Below are positions 26,535-38,467 of a stretch of 64,000 nucleotides of DNA, piece by piece. The stretch comes from Azolla caroliniana (Eukaryota; Plantae; Polypodiophyta), in the NCBI GenBank assembly GCA_043228905.1, contig JBHGNT010000008.1, positions 3,906,001 through 3,970,000 of the forward strand, in the 5' to 3' direction. Below the pieces are notes generated by a model. That model saw only the letters and a program-made list of their open reading frames with translations. It ran no database searches and was not told the origin of the DNA. A program made the position numbers and the translations under genes. Within the stretch, counting starts at the first letter, position 1. Each line of letters starts with the position of its first letter.

Positions 26535-27506
26535 CAAGGGTTGGTTGTGGATTCGACGTACAAGGTACTGTCCCACGGGCGTGCCATGTGTTACCGGCCG
26601 GCAAAGGAGTCCAGAGTGTGAAACGGGGAGTTATTTAAGTAGTAGGAATGTGGTTGTAATTAAGCTATGAGTGTGGACGGATGGACCGGAATCGGTATGC
26701 CGTTCCGGATCCAGACTGATCCCGAACAGGTGCGGATGGCACCGTTTTGTAATACAGACCGGAAACCTATTTAAAGGCCCGGATACAATGTAATGAATAA
26801 TGGTTAATTAATAAAGCTTAGTGTTGTTATCTCTCTATGTTAATTGCCGTTCTACCTTCATTGTTATATCTTACGCGTGTGATTATTAAAGACGATCAAG
26901 CTAAGTAACCTAATTAAGTCGGATTAAGCGTTGAGTCTAATCCTGTTGCTGTAACACCCCTTTGGTGAAGTGTCTTCCGTAGACACCTTGTGTTAGGCCA
27001 TTGTCCGGCCCTAAGAGTTAACAATTTGCAAAGAGGCTCGTGTCTTGGAGATGAAGTTGAGGGGTCAAATATAGAGTTTGGCAAAGAAAGATCTCATCTT
27101 GTGATGAAGCATTGTACAGGTGGTAAAATCATGTGTTCTTAATATAAAGTTTATTCTTATCATACCATTTCAATTCTTCAATCATACATTGTCTCTGTCT
27201 CTTATCTTTGCTCATCTCTCTCTTGTACAATACTTTCAACTTTTGTTCTTGCTACCCTTAATCTGTGGTAAAATCTTATCTTCTTCATATAAATCATGTT
27301 AATATCATATACTATTGCTTCTTGAGTCATATATTGTCTTTGTCTCTATTCTACGCTCGTCTCTTTGTCACACAATACTTTTAACTCTTATTCTTCCTAT
27401 CCTTAATCTTTCTAACATCAACGCACAAGCCTTATAAAATATATAGCCAACTCCCTTTAACCTTAGTCCCTGTGACTTCGCCGCACGAACCACAACTACC
27501 CCGACA

Positions 27507-27979
27507 ACGTAGTTATTCCTATCGAGTTTCTCCGTCGGGAGTGACCTTGCCATCCCTCTGTCCATTTCTTTTCTTTTCACTCTGTTCTTTTCCGGAAGCG
27601 AGGGTTCGTCTATGGAAATTGCTTGTCAGCAATAGAGGTTCTCAACCGTCGCACTCTGATACCATGTAAAGAGTTCGTGCGGAAGCTTTATAGACACAAC
27701 CGGCTCCATCGGATAGAAACAGAAAATTGAAGTGAACTAAGGTTTAATAGAAGCTTGAGAGCACACAGTACATGGGAGACATAGAGAGAGAGCAGAACAT
27801 TAACCCTATTTCAAAAATTACTCAAGACTCTGTACTTAAAACTGTGCTTTACAACACTATTTATACAAGTCCTTAAAGGACTGACTAAAGTACGAACAAG
27901 TACTTAATGTTTATATTGAGCTACTGACACTAATTCCTAGGAGAACTACCTAGTAGTTTAGGAGTGTAGACCTCCAACA
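27507..27979 (-). mobile_element. Element E: 5' end of a Ty1/copia element
   Basis: LTR 27665-27979, iMet PBS at 27653-27664, gag start MARSLPTEKLDRNNY (compare G: MGSSLPREKLDRSNY), cut by C. Confidence 0.8.
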
Positions 27980-28099
27980 ACCTACCAGTTCGCACATGGA
28001 TCTGGCCCTCCGATCCGGATCCGATTGAGCTTGTTCGCTCAAGATAAATTGTTGGAACAACCATCCCATTTTGTATATTGTGATTTTTGAAATATCAAA

Positions 28100-28780
28100 T
28101 CTATGCGCTCAGTGTATTATCAAATCTTGCCATTTTTATATATCCAATCCGGTATATAAACCCATTTTTGAATATGGGAAAAGTCTAGTGTTTGACAATA
28201 TATAGGAGGAGGATGGTGTCGCTTGACATGTGTGTGGAGGAAACTTTGGCCCCGTTTGGTAGAATGTTCACCAATAGACATGATGACACTACCAATATTG
28301 TGGAAAGACATTGGCAGTTTATCAAGTATATTGCCTGGAGAGGAAGAATAAACCGATCAATTACCAATCTTAGGCATGTCTTAATCGAGGACAATGAAAT
28401 TGGCACTTGCATTGGAGGATTCGTTGTAGAATGTTACAAGCATGGAAGTCCAAAATACAATCGGACGAGGAAACTATTCAATGTCTCAAGCAAGGGTTAG
28501 AATCCTTCGATTGTGCAACTATTTTGGAATGTACACAAACAATAGAAGATCTTACTAGCAAGGTGTATCACGTTGGTGCACCAAAATCAGCAAATGAAGA
28601 AGACGGTGGATCCATAAGCCAAAAGCAACAAATTGGTGTGAAGAGAGGAGCAATGGTCCACATCTCGCAAGAACTTATTGGCAACTCCCCAAACACTTCT
28701 AAATCCCACACTGGAAAACTATAGGGAGGTGCAAGTCAGGCTAGGAGACGATTGCCAATATGTGAAATGAAGAAGGTTTG
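28100..28780 (+). pseudogene. Degenerate transposase-like fragment, possibly Mutator-like
   Basis: DTTNIVERHWQFIKY...GRINRSI resembles the TNNxxExxxxxxK third-catalytic-residue motif of MULE transposases; broken frames. Confidence 0.35.
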
Positions 28781-28999
28781 ATGTTTGCATTGCAATGGCT
28801 TGACCTTGACTTCAAGTGATTGTTACATGTTGCAAAAATTGTGGCTCCATTTTGCCATCATCCCCACATGAGCCATAATCTTTTCTTATGTGTGTATTCA
28901 GATTTCATCTTTAGGTTTTTTGTCTTGGACTTTGGACATTTTTTATCCCTGAAATCAAAACTATATAGCTTGTGATGTTAGAAACATTTTGTGTTAGGA

Positions 29000-29215
29000 G
29001 ATTTGTGTAATTTGAAGTTTTAATCACGTAAGTGTAATTCGAAGCTTTAAATTTTAAGTCAATTTGTTATTTGACCCTTAAGTTTTAAGTTGATTTGTTA
29101 TTTGAAGCGTTAAGTTTAAGTTGATTTGTTATTTGAAGCTTTAAGTTTTAAGTTTGTGTAATTTTGGAGCTGTAAGTTTTAAGCTTCGTGTAATTGGAAG
29201 TTTTAATTTGATTTT
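29000..29215. repeat. About 30-35-bp AT-rich tandem repeat
   Basis: TTGTTATTTGAAGCTTTAAGTTTTAAG variants, about 6 copies. Confidence 0.75.
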
Positions 29216-29431
29216 TTAGAAAAAAATTGGTGTAAGATTTTGATGGCAAATTTTGTTTTACACTTCAAATTTTTTGAAGTTTTTGATGTCTGTTTTTTTA
29301 GTCGGGCTCCTTTCTTGAGTCGCTCAAGCTTCAAGTGATAGAGGTTGTCAAAGAGTCGGGATCCTAGTGACAGAGGCTCTCAACTTTTTTGATGGTGTGC
29401 TTTTCTTTTATCCGGATCGGACGGTGCATCA

Positions 29432-29488
29432 CACGCGCCCTTGGCTACGCACCCTACACCATCCAAGGGCACGTGATTTCCTCGCTAG
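29432..29488 (+). mobile_element. Helitron-like 3' terminus
   Basis: 13-bp stem CACGCGCCCTTGG/CCAAGGGCACGTG (one mismatch), 9 nt, then CTAG followed by T. Confidence 0.5.
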
Positions 29489-30268
29489 TCCTCTTAATGA
29501 TTTGGTAGCAATTAGATACGAGCCATCATCATCATCATATCATCATCATCACCACCACCACCATCAAGAGACCAAAAATGATGTCTCTTTCATGATTCCT
29601 TGTGGAGTTTCTCAATTAAAAACCTTTACATACATCAGAATCTCTCTCTCTCTCTATGTATTCTAAGACTCCTAGTGTTACGGGCATGCCCATATTGTTA
29701 CACTTACGTGTTCCTCGAGTAGCTTTGATGTGAACCTTTTCCTTATTCATAGGCACTTTTTACTCTCGTGATGGCTAGAGGTTTTTTCCCCATGTTACCA
29801 CATACATGACTCACTCATATGTGGTGGTACTTAGTACTTAGGGATATATATTTCAGCTCTTACTAGTTTTGTAGAATACATCAACAGAGAGAGTTATTCC
29901 AGCCATTGTCTTCTCTATGTGACTGCTTCTTGTCTGAGCTTCTTGTGTGTTTTTCTTGTGTGTCTCCCACTCTTCCATATACACCCAGCAGTGGTATCAA
30001 AGCGAGTTCTTCATCCTCTCCATCTTCGGTTTTCCGCGTCGCAGCACGCACGCACTTTTAACAGTGCAAATCAACTTCCGAATATAGAGAAGTGATTTTC
30101 AGCACTCAGAGAGCATTTCCAACAAGTACCTTGCTATTTTACCCCCATTTTGAAGCCATTTGTGCAATCAAAGTCGCCATCCGAGTGACGGTTTGTGAGC
30201 TGAAATTTCAGCACTCATTTCAGATTTCGTTGAGGTAAGATTTTACCACTTTCTTGTTCTTTGGTGAA

Positions 30269-32822
30269 ATGGCAAACAACAGTGACTTGTTTGGCATGCT
30301 TCAAGCTGAGGATAAGCTTGATGGGACTAACTATCCAATGTGGTCCTACATGATGAAACACGTACTTGTTGCCAAACAACTATGGAACATAGTGGTGGAT
30401 GTAGATCGGCGTCTCGCCGGTCCTTCTACTTCATAATCTATTGTCACAAATACAGGCTCTTCTTCGAGCACAGTGACTTCATCTACTCCACCTACTCAGG
30501 AGCAACTTAGATGGGATGGAAAAGATGCTCAAGCTCATGCATTGATTGCAGTTTCTGTGAAGCGTCAAATAGTTCCACATATTCGGTCATGTTCTACATC
30601 CAAACAAGCATGGGACACTCTTGCTTCGTTGAATGCCGTGCATAATGAAGCACATGTTGCATATTTGAGAAAGCAACTTGAGGATGTATATATGGCTGAA
30701 AATGAGTCAGTAGATGTGTATGTGACACACATCAACGATTTGAAAGAGCAATTGGTGAACATAGATGAGATCTTTCCGAATACATCACTCATCTCTACAT
30801 TGTTGAAAGGGTTACCTGAATCTTTTCAAAGCTTTGCTACTACAATCCGTTTGGTTGCAAAAGGGAATACCGATATGTATGCATTTGATGAGATTGTGTC
30901 TCTTCTTTTGCGAGAAGAACAATCTAGAGTGAATAAAAGTGGTTTGATAGAGGGAACACAAACACTTGCTATCTCTCAAAAGGGAAAAAACAAGTATGGT
31001 TCAGCTTTTGGTTCGTCAAAACCAAAGCCTCAACCTCCCTCTTCCACTTATTCCTCCAATGATCGCGATGTGCAAAAGAAGAAGAGATGCAAATATTGGC
31101 GGAAGGCTGGTCATACTATTGATGAGTGTAGAAAGCTTGAGCGCAATGAGAAGAAGAAGGAATCCGGCATGACCATTGCTAAAAATGTTTCATGTGCAAA
31201 GAGTGATGAAGCCAACATGGCCCAAGATTATTGGGCATGTGTTGTTACATATCATTATGATGCATCATTGCACTCTAAGTGTATGGTTGTAAGTGAGATT
31301 GATTTGGATTGGTTGTTTGATAGTGGTGCTTCAAAGCACATTACTTCATGTAAACATTTTTTTGCATCCTTGAAAGATGCACCCAAAGGAGGACATTTGG
31401 TGTGTGCAAACAATGCCTCCTATCCTATCATTGGAGTAGGAGAAATTGGGCTTACGATTGCAAATGGAAGTGTTGTCATCTTAAAGAATGTATTGTATGT
31501 GCCCGGTATCAACAAGAACTTAATTTTGGTTCCTTTGATTGCCAAAATTGGACTTCATGTACATTTTGTTGATGATAAGTGCATGGTTCATGATTTCAGC
31601 AATGGCGATGTTATCGTGATGTCCGGTACATTATGCAATGGCTTATATCGCTTGGATACATACAAGAGAGCTGCTCTAAATGCCTTGGCGGTCCATACTT
31701 CTTCCATGGCTGAAATTGAGTTGTGGCATGTTGGTTTTGGTCACTTGAACTTCAATAGTTTGCTCCACTTGCAGAAGAAGGATATGGTTATTGGGTTTCC
31801 TACACTTGAGTCCATTGAAAAACATGCATGTGAAGGTTGCATTCTTGGAAAAATGCATCGTGCCCCTTTTCCAAAAGATAGTCATACACACACTACAAGA
31901 AAATTACAACTTGTTCATAGTGATGTGTGTGGTCTCGTGAAGACTTCATCTTTTGGAAAACATGTATATTTTGTCCTTCATTGATGATGCTACTCGCCAT
32001 ACATGGGTGTATCCTATGAAAGCAAAGAATGAGGTATTTTCTTGCTTCAAATCATTTTTAGCTACGACTGAAATTTTTTCTGGAAATAAGCTCTTGACTC
32101 TACGCACGAATCATGGCAGCAAATACATGTCACATGAGTTTAATGATTTTCTTTGTGAAAGAGGTATTTCACATCAATGTATGGTGCCATATATACCTCA
32201 ACAAAAGGGTGTTGTGGAGCGCAAAAATAGAACACTCTTAGAGATGACACGATGTATGATTAAAGGAAAGCATCTTCCTAACGAGTTTTGGATGGAAGCG
32301 GTTATGTGTGCAAATTATGTGTTGAATCATTGCCTTACAAAAGCATTGAGAGTCATTACTCCATATGAGGCTTAGAATGGACATAAACCTATGGTTAGTC
32401 ATATGCGTGTGTTTGGTTGTTTGGCATATGCTCTTGTGCCATCACAATAATGTCACAAACTTGATGACAAGGCAAAGAAATGCATATTTGTTGGTTATAG
32501 CGCGGAAAGTAAGGGATATCGTTTGTATCATCCATTGACGGATTCAATTATTGTGAGTCGAGATGTGGTATTTGCTAAAAATTCAGCCTTCCCTTTTCTT
32601 GAATGCAAAAAACACCCAACACTTACCTCACAATATGTATTTGATACACTCATGCCTTTGTTCCAAAGTGGTGCGCTTGACTATGGACATGTAGACCAGC
32701 TAAGTGAGCTTCAAAGGGTTGAAAATTTCCAACAAATAAGTGTTGAAAATGCACGAAATGTCCAACCAAACATGGTTGAACATTTGCAACAAAATATGGT
32801 TGAAAATGAGCATGAGATTTAG
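30269..32822 (+). pseudogene. copia gag-PR-INT of F
   Basis: KLDGTNY, WLFDSGASKH, WH..FGH...CEGC, VHSDVCG, VVERKNRTL; stops and frameshifts. Confidence 0.9.
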
Positions 32823-32842
32823 CCCACACATGATGTACATAT

Positions 32843-35800
32843 TTGTGGGTATTTTTGTATTTGATGATGATAATGCTAATTTAATATACTTACTCATCCC
32901 CCATCTTGTGTTATTCATAAGTGTATCCCTCTCTCTCTCTCTTCCTCTCACACACATACACACACATATCACTTAAACTTCCGCTTATCAACTAATCACA
33001 TAATTAGGTACTAATTAACCCGTAGTTAATCTCCTAATTCTTAACATGGTATCAGAGCGTGTGGTTTAGAAAATCCACTAAGCCCACCCGACTTCATAAT
33101 TGTGTGATCGAAACGCCGACGATAAATTCCGGCTATCCGCTACCCTAGTGCCACTACGTAGCACGTATACATGATCAAAGGAAGAAAAACAAAAGGAGAA
33201 GACACTAATCAACATGAACACACAAATGGGTAGCTCGCTCCCTAGGGAAAAGCTAGACCGGAGCAATTATTCATCTTGGGAGTACAAGATGACCCAATAC
33301 CTCATCGACCAAGGGTATTGGAGCTACATTAATGGCGCACTCGAAAACAAACCCGACATCACAAACACCAGCTACCCAACGTGGTAGCAAGGAGCGAGTC
33401 GGGTAATGTATTGCCTGGCAACATGTGTCCACGACCACATGCTTAGCCACATTCGAGACGCCGAGACGCCTAAAGAGGCGTGGGCGAATTTAAAGAAAAT
33501 TTTCGCCGGCAACACGACCGCCCGAAAGCTTCAACTTCGACAAGAGTTGAACAACATCCGGCAAGAAGATATGTCCGTGTCAGACTACACCGCCAAGATC
33601 AAGAGCATTTGTGACTCACTTGGCTCCATCAACATAAACGTCGATGAGGACGAGATGGTTCAAGTATGCTTGGGTGGCCTCGACAACGATTCGATCCATT
33701 ACGGACGGCAATCTTGGCGAGAGAAAACCCTCCTTCATTCTTCGACCTCCAATCAATGCTATTGGTTGAAGAGAACCACATCCGAACCAAAAGCAAGACA
33801 TCGGAAGGACAAATGTTCTTCTCGAATTCGAATGGTGGCCTAGGAGGAGGTCACGGCGGTAGAAGAGGTCAATTCGGCCTGTCACACGAAAGGAACTCAA
33901 ACCTTCACGGAAGCCATCAAGGAACCTTCGGAAGAAGGGGGAGCTTCCACGTCGAACAATCTCGGCAAACAAGGCCCGCAACTTGCAATTATTACGGAAA
34001 AATCAGCCCCCGCGAGGAGGAGTGCCGAAAAAGAAGAAACGAGTTGGCCTCCACAAGTCGACAACTCACGAATTACGCCGTCAACTCCGAATACGATGAT
34101 TACGGCGGACTATTTTTAATGAGGCATACATCGAACTCTATGTCAGCCTCCAACTCCACAAGTGCCTCCAACTCGGAAGACGTGTGGTTCATTGATTCCG
34201 GCGCCTCACATCACATGACATCTCACGAAGAGTGGTTTCGTGATTTACGAACACCGGATCGACCCAGCTTCATAGAGACGGGAGATGACACCACACACCC
34301 CATTCGTCACATCCGCAATGTCTCATTCGGGAAAGAAGGCGAGCAAACTTGCATCAAGAATGTCTTGCACGTGCCCACAATAACGAAGAATTTGGTCTCG
34401 GTCAGCCAAATCGTGGAGCAAGGCATGCAAGTCCGCTTCAACAATGAAGGTTGTTTCATTGAGAAAGATGGCTGACTCATAGCTAAGGGGCGGAGAGACG
34501 GCCGAATGTTCATCCTTGATTCAAACGAGGTGAAATCGGCATTGTACACCAAAGGTCTCAAAACCGAGACAAGCATCGCGTTGTGGCACAAGAGAATCAG
34601 CCACATAAACCTCCAACGGCTTCGAGCGATGCAAACCAAGGGAGTCGTCATCAAACTTCCGACATTCGAGTCAAAACGAGTCGACCGAGCATGCGAAGTG
34701 TGTCAACTCGGCAAACAACATTGAATCCCATTCCCGAAGGAGAGCCATGCAAGCAAAGGCCTCCTCGACGACGTACACTCGGATGTATGGGGACCAACTC
34801 AAACGCCGACGATCGGCGGATGCTAATACTACGTAACCTTCATCGATGACTACTCGCGCTACACGTGGATCTACCCGATGAAGAAGAAGAGCGAAGTGTT
34901 CACCCACTTCCAAAAGCTCAAGAGGCAAGTCGAAAAAGAAACCGGTTGACACATTCGATGCCTACGATCGGATGTAGGAAAGGAGTACTTCTCTGACGAA
35001 TTCACCTCCTACCTCCAAAGTGAAGGCATTCGGAGAGAATTCTCGTGCCGACACACACCCCAACAAAATGGAGTAGTCGAAAGGAAAAACGGCAAATACT
35101 TGAGGTAGCACGTGCCATGATGCATGAGAAGCACATGCTGAATTTCTATTGGGCCGAAGCGGCATCCACGAACGTCTATCTCATGAACCGGTGCACCACC
35201 ATTGGAGTGCATGAGCTAACTCCATACGAGCTCCTTGTCGGAAGGAAGCCAATCATGTCGCACCTCAAGGTGTTCGGAAGCATTGCGAATGTATGCATCC
35301 CGAACGAACAACGACAAATGCCCTACGCGAAGTCGAAGGAATGTATCCTCATAGGATACTCGTCAGAGAAGAAAGCATACAAGTGCTACAACCCTTCTAC
35401 CCGAGCGGTTTGGGTAAGGCGAGACGTAGTTTTCGACAAGTCCGCATCCTGGTATGCACCAAAGACAACTTCGACTCCGACTATGGTTGACCCAGAATCC
35501 GCCGAACAAGAGGTAGAAGATGGAGATCGCTTCGAACACATGTTCGAAGAATGTCTGATTACAGCAAGGCCTAGTGGGCCACAAGATCCCCCACGCAACC
35601 CAAGCACATCGCAATCAAGTAAGAACTTGGACAAAGGCAAAGGTAAGATGCCCGAATACGAATTTGACCAGCCCGACGACAATGATTCGGATGGATCGGC
35701 TCCCTCACTAAATAGTAAGTTCGGTGTACCCATCATGCGGACACCTGGAGTAAAGAAGGCGCTCACATCGGCGAGCGAAAAACTTCGATGCTCTTCTAGA

Positions 35801-36436
35801 GAGAAGAATCCCATCACTCGACTCGGCTACAACGAGTATATGGCCCATCATTACACCTTCACGATGAAGGTAGCGGCCGAATAAGAGCCCAAGAGCTCCA
35901 TTGAAGTAGCTCGTCACCCACGATGGGTGGAAGTAGTCGGCCTTTGCTCACACACTATAAGCCTTCGTCACCGGCTTGAGGGGGAGGACCCGAGATTGCC
36001 ATGGCGAAGAAAGCTGAAGGCCAGACAAAAACCACACAGAAGCCAACATCGAAAGCCGAACAACGCTGAAAGCAACGCCGGATGTCGGACACCTCACACT
36101 TGAGCTTGAGGGGGCGTGTTGAGAGATCAAGCTCAACTTAGTTTAGTTAGTTAGTCAACCATGTAACTTCGTAGTTACCTAGATAGAATCTAGTTAGAAG
36201 TGTTGACTATAACGCTTTAAATAGGACCTTGTACTTAAGTGGGATATTCTAGATCCTCCACTCCTAAGTACATTTAATATAGGACTTAAACCTTAGTACC
36301 TATATTCTACTCACACATGTGCACCTTTGCACATGAGATGTATATATACCTCATTGTGGGTATTTTTGTATTTGATGATGATAATGCTAATTTAATATAC
36401 TTACTCATCACCCATCTTGTGTTATTCATAAGTGTA

Positions 36437-36482
<46 letters not shown>

Positions 36483-36579
36483 ACACACATACACACACAT
36501 ATCACTTAAACTTTCGCTTATCAACTAATCACATAATTAGGTACTAATTAACCCGTAGTTAATCTCCTAATTCTTAACA
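32843..36579 (+). mobile_element. Element G: Ty1/copia with internal deletion of RT-RH
   Basis: Partial 5' LTR ending 33047, PBS TGGTATCAGAGC, gag-PR-INT pseudogene about 33226-35935 (WFIDSGASHHMT), PPT GAGGGGGCG, 3' LTR 36117-36579. Confidence 0.88.
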
Positions 36580-36844
36580 TTCTTAAATGGTGATTTGCAA
36601 GAAGAGGTTTATGTGAAGCAACCTCCTAGATTTGCTATGAAAGAGAAAGACCATATGGTTTGTCACTTGCATAAAGCCTTGTATGATCTCAAGCAAGCTC
36701 CACGTGCATGGTATGAAAAAATCCATAAGCACTTGATTGTTCTTGGCTTCACATGTAGTCCGATTGAAAGCACACTATATGAGGATACATGACTCACTCA
36801 TATGTGGTGGTACTTAGTACTTAGGGATATATATTTCGGCTCTT

Positions 36845-37340
36845 ACTAACAATTGGTATCCGAGCTTTCATTCTAATGTTTCTTTTGTTGATTTTTTTTG
36901 TTTTCTTCTTGATGGATGGTGGTCGATCGATGTGATCGAGGCTGATCCAGATACCTATCAACAAAGGAACTTCGGTAACTCTTTCATAGTTTTTTGTACG
37001 AAGACGGCATTCATGTCGGCTTCTCATCAGGAGGGTGGACACTCCACAAGGGGAACCTCCTACTTGCTTGAGGTCCGAAAGTACATTCTTTGTACCCGCT
37101 ATATGTCACACTCAGAAAGGGTGACTTGTTCCTGGTTGACATCCCTGTATCATCATTATAGCATGGCTGACTCAGACGCCTCAGCAAGGCCGGCATCACC
37201 CATCTATCTAGAGTTGGATACATCCCCAAATTCTCCTTCTCCGATCATCAATTCTGCGAGCATTGCCAATACGACAAACAGATAGCCGCATCACACCCGA
37301 CATCAACATGGAGAGAATCGAGTCCACTCGATTTGGTCCA
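36845..37340 (+). mobile_element. Fragment H: LTR tip, PBS and leader of an I-like element
   Basis: AACA-AT-TGGTATCCGAGC followed by sequence similar to the reverse complement of 60950-61075. Confidence 0.6.
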
Positions 37341-37782
37341 CTCGGAGACATGAACTAATGTAAGCATTAGATAAGGATAGAATATAGATAGATAGTTAGA
37401 AAGGAGAGAGAGAAAGAAGGGTGCTGATCCACCCAACCACCCCCGAGCAAAGGGATCGAGACGGACTCGAGCATCAATCGGTGTCCCATACCACCGTTGT
37501 GGCATCGAGTCGTACCTGGTGCTAGCACGCTCGCTACAAGAGTTGACCCACCACAAGATAGAGTCTCGACGTAGTCAACAACATGTCGAAATGAGGGTAG
37601 CTAGGCCTCTTATTTATAGCTATACGCAAGGCCCCCAACCATGTTCACACTTGGCCTAATGGGTTGTCTCAATCCCGAGGATTAAAAGTAATCCTCCCCT
37701 TCTTTACACTCTTGTTTAACCCTCACATTTATCCACGTGTATAGAATACTATGGTAAATTCTGACCACGGGATATTATATGG

Positions 37783-38467
37783 TCATGCCTGTAACATACT
37801 CCCCCTCTTTAAAACATTGCACTCTTGCAATGGAATGTTAGGGAAGGTAGTTCTGAGAGTATTTTCGCGTTCCCATGTGGCATGTTTTATTGATTTATCC
37901 ATCCATTTTATTTTAAATTCTCGGATTTCTTTAGTAAGTAATTTTTTTGTTTTAACATCGAGAATTCTTTCTAGTACATGTGGTTTAGAAGATAAATCTT
38001 CAGAAGTAACCAGAGTTTCAGTTGTAACTATATTGTCGCCAGAACCTAGAATTTCAACACCATCGGGAAGAGCGAGACGATAGGCTGATGACCCAATGCG
38101 TTTGAGGACTGTAAATGGTCCACAAAACTGTGGGGCTAACTTAGCGCACTTACCCGTAGACAATGTCTTAGAATTGTGAGGTACACGTAAAAATACCTTC
38201 TGTCCAAGGTTGAATACACGAGGTTGCCTATGATGATCGGCATAAAAACGTGCTCTATCTTGAGCTGTTTTTATATTATCTCGTGCAATATGCAACATAA
38301 CTTGCATATCCCGAAGAAAGTTTTGTGTACTTCGCAACTCATCATGATGTATATTAACATCAATCGGGGCTCGTGGCTGAAAACCATACATCAACATAAA
38401 AGGACTATATCCCGTCGACGTATGCTTGGAGCTATTATAAGAAAACTCCAAAATTGGGAGATAACGT
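37783..38467 (-). pseudogene. Integrase C-terminus with GPF motif and chromodomain (element I)
   Basis: KLAPQFCGPF...; LERILDVKTK...EFKIKW...HATWERE. Confidence 0.85.

Larger units (their letters stand above)
17248..27023 (+). mobile_element. Element D: full-length non-chromovirus (Athila/Tat-like) Ty3/gypsy with an extra 3' ORF
   Basis: 435-bp LTRs 17248-17682 and 26589-27023 (TGTTAC...TTAACA, about 19 differences by eye), 5-bp TSD ATTTG, PBS TGGCGACCACA at 17690-17700 (tRNA-Arg-like). Confidence 0.92.
15168..27506 (+). mobile_element. Element C: degenerate gypsy, 3' half (same lineage as J), 3' LTR split by D
   Basis: RH-INT remnants (TDCLPILG..., HDKEWAGH, ADRGEL, AYNPEVNGKIER) homologous to J pol. 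LTR TGTCGTGAAG 16781-17247 plus 27029-27506 (...CCCGACA). Right flank ACGT resumes copia E gag. Confidence 0.75.
29676..36846 (+). mobile_element. Element F: Ty1/copia, interrupted by G and multiply deleted
   Basis: 5' LTR 29676-29990, PBS TGGTATCAAAGC at 29992. RT fragment FLNGDLQEEVY...LKQAPRAWY at 36580-36785 is fused to a piece of its own LTR (36784-36846 matches 29802-29864). Confidence 0.85.

Noticed and set aside
29367-29666. His-rich 99-aa protein
   Set aside because: The His run is a CAT/CAC microsatellite; non-ATG start and no domain.
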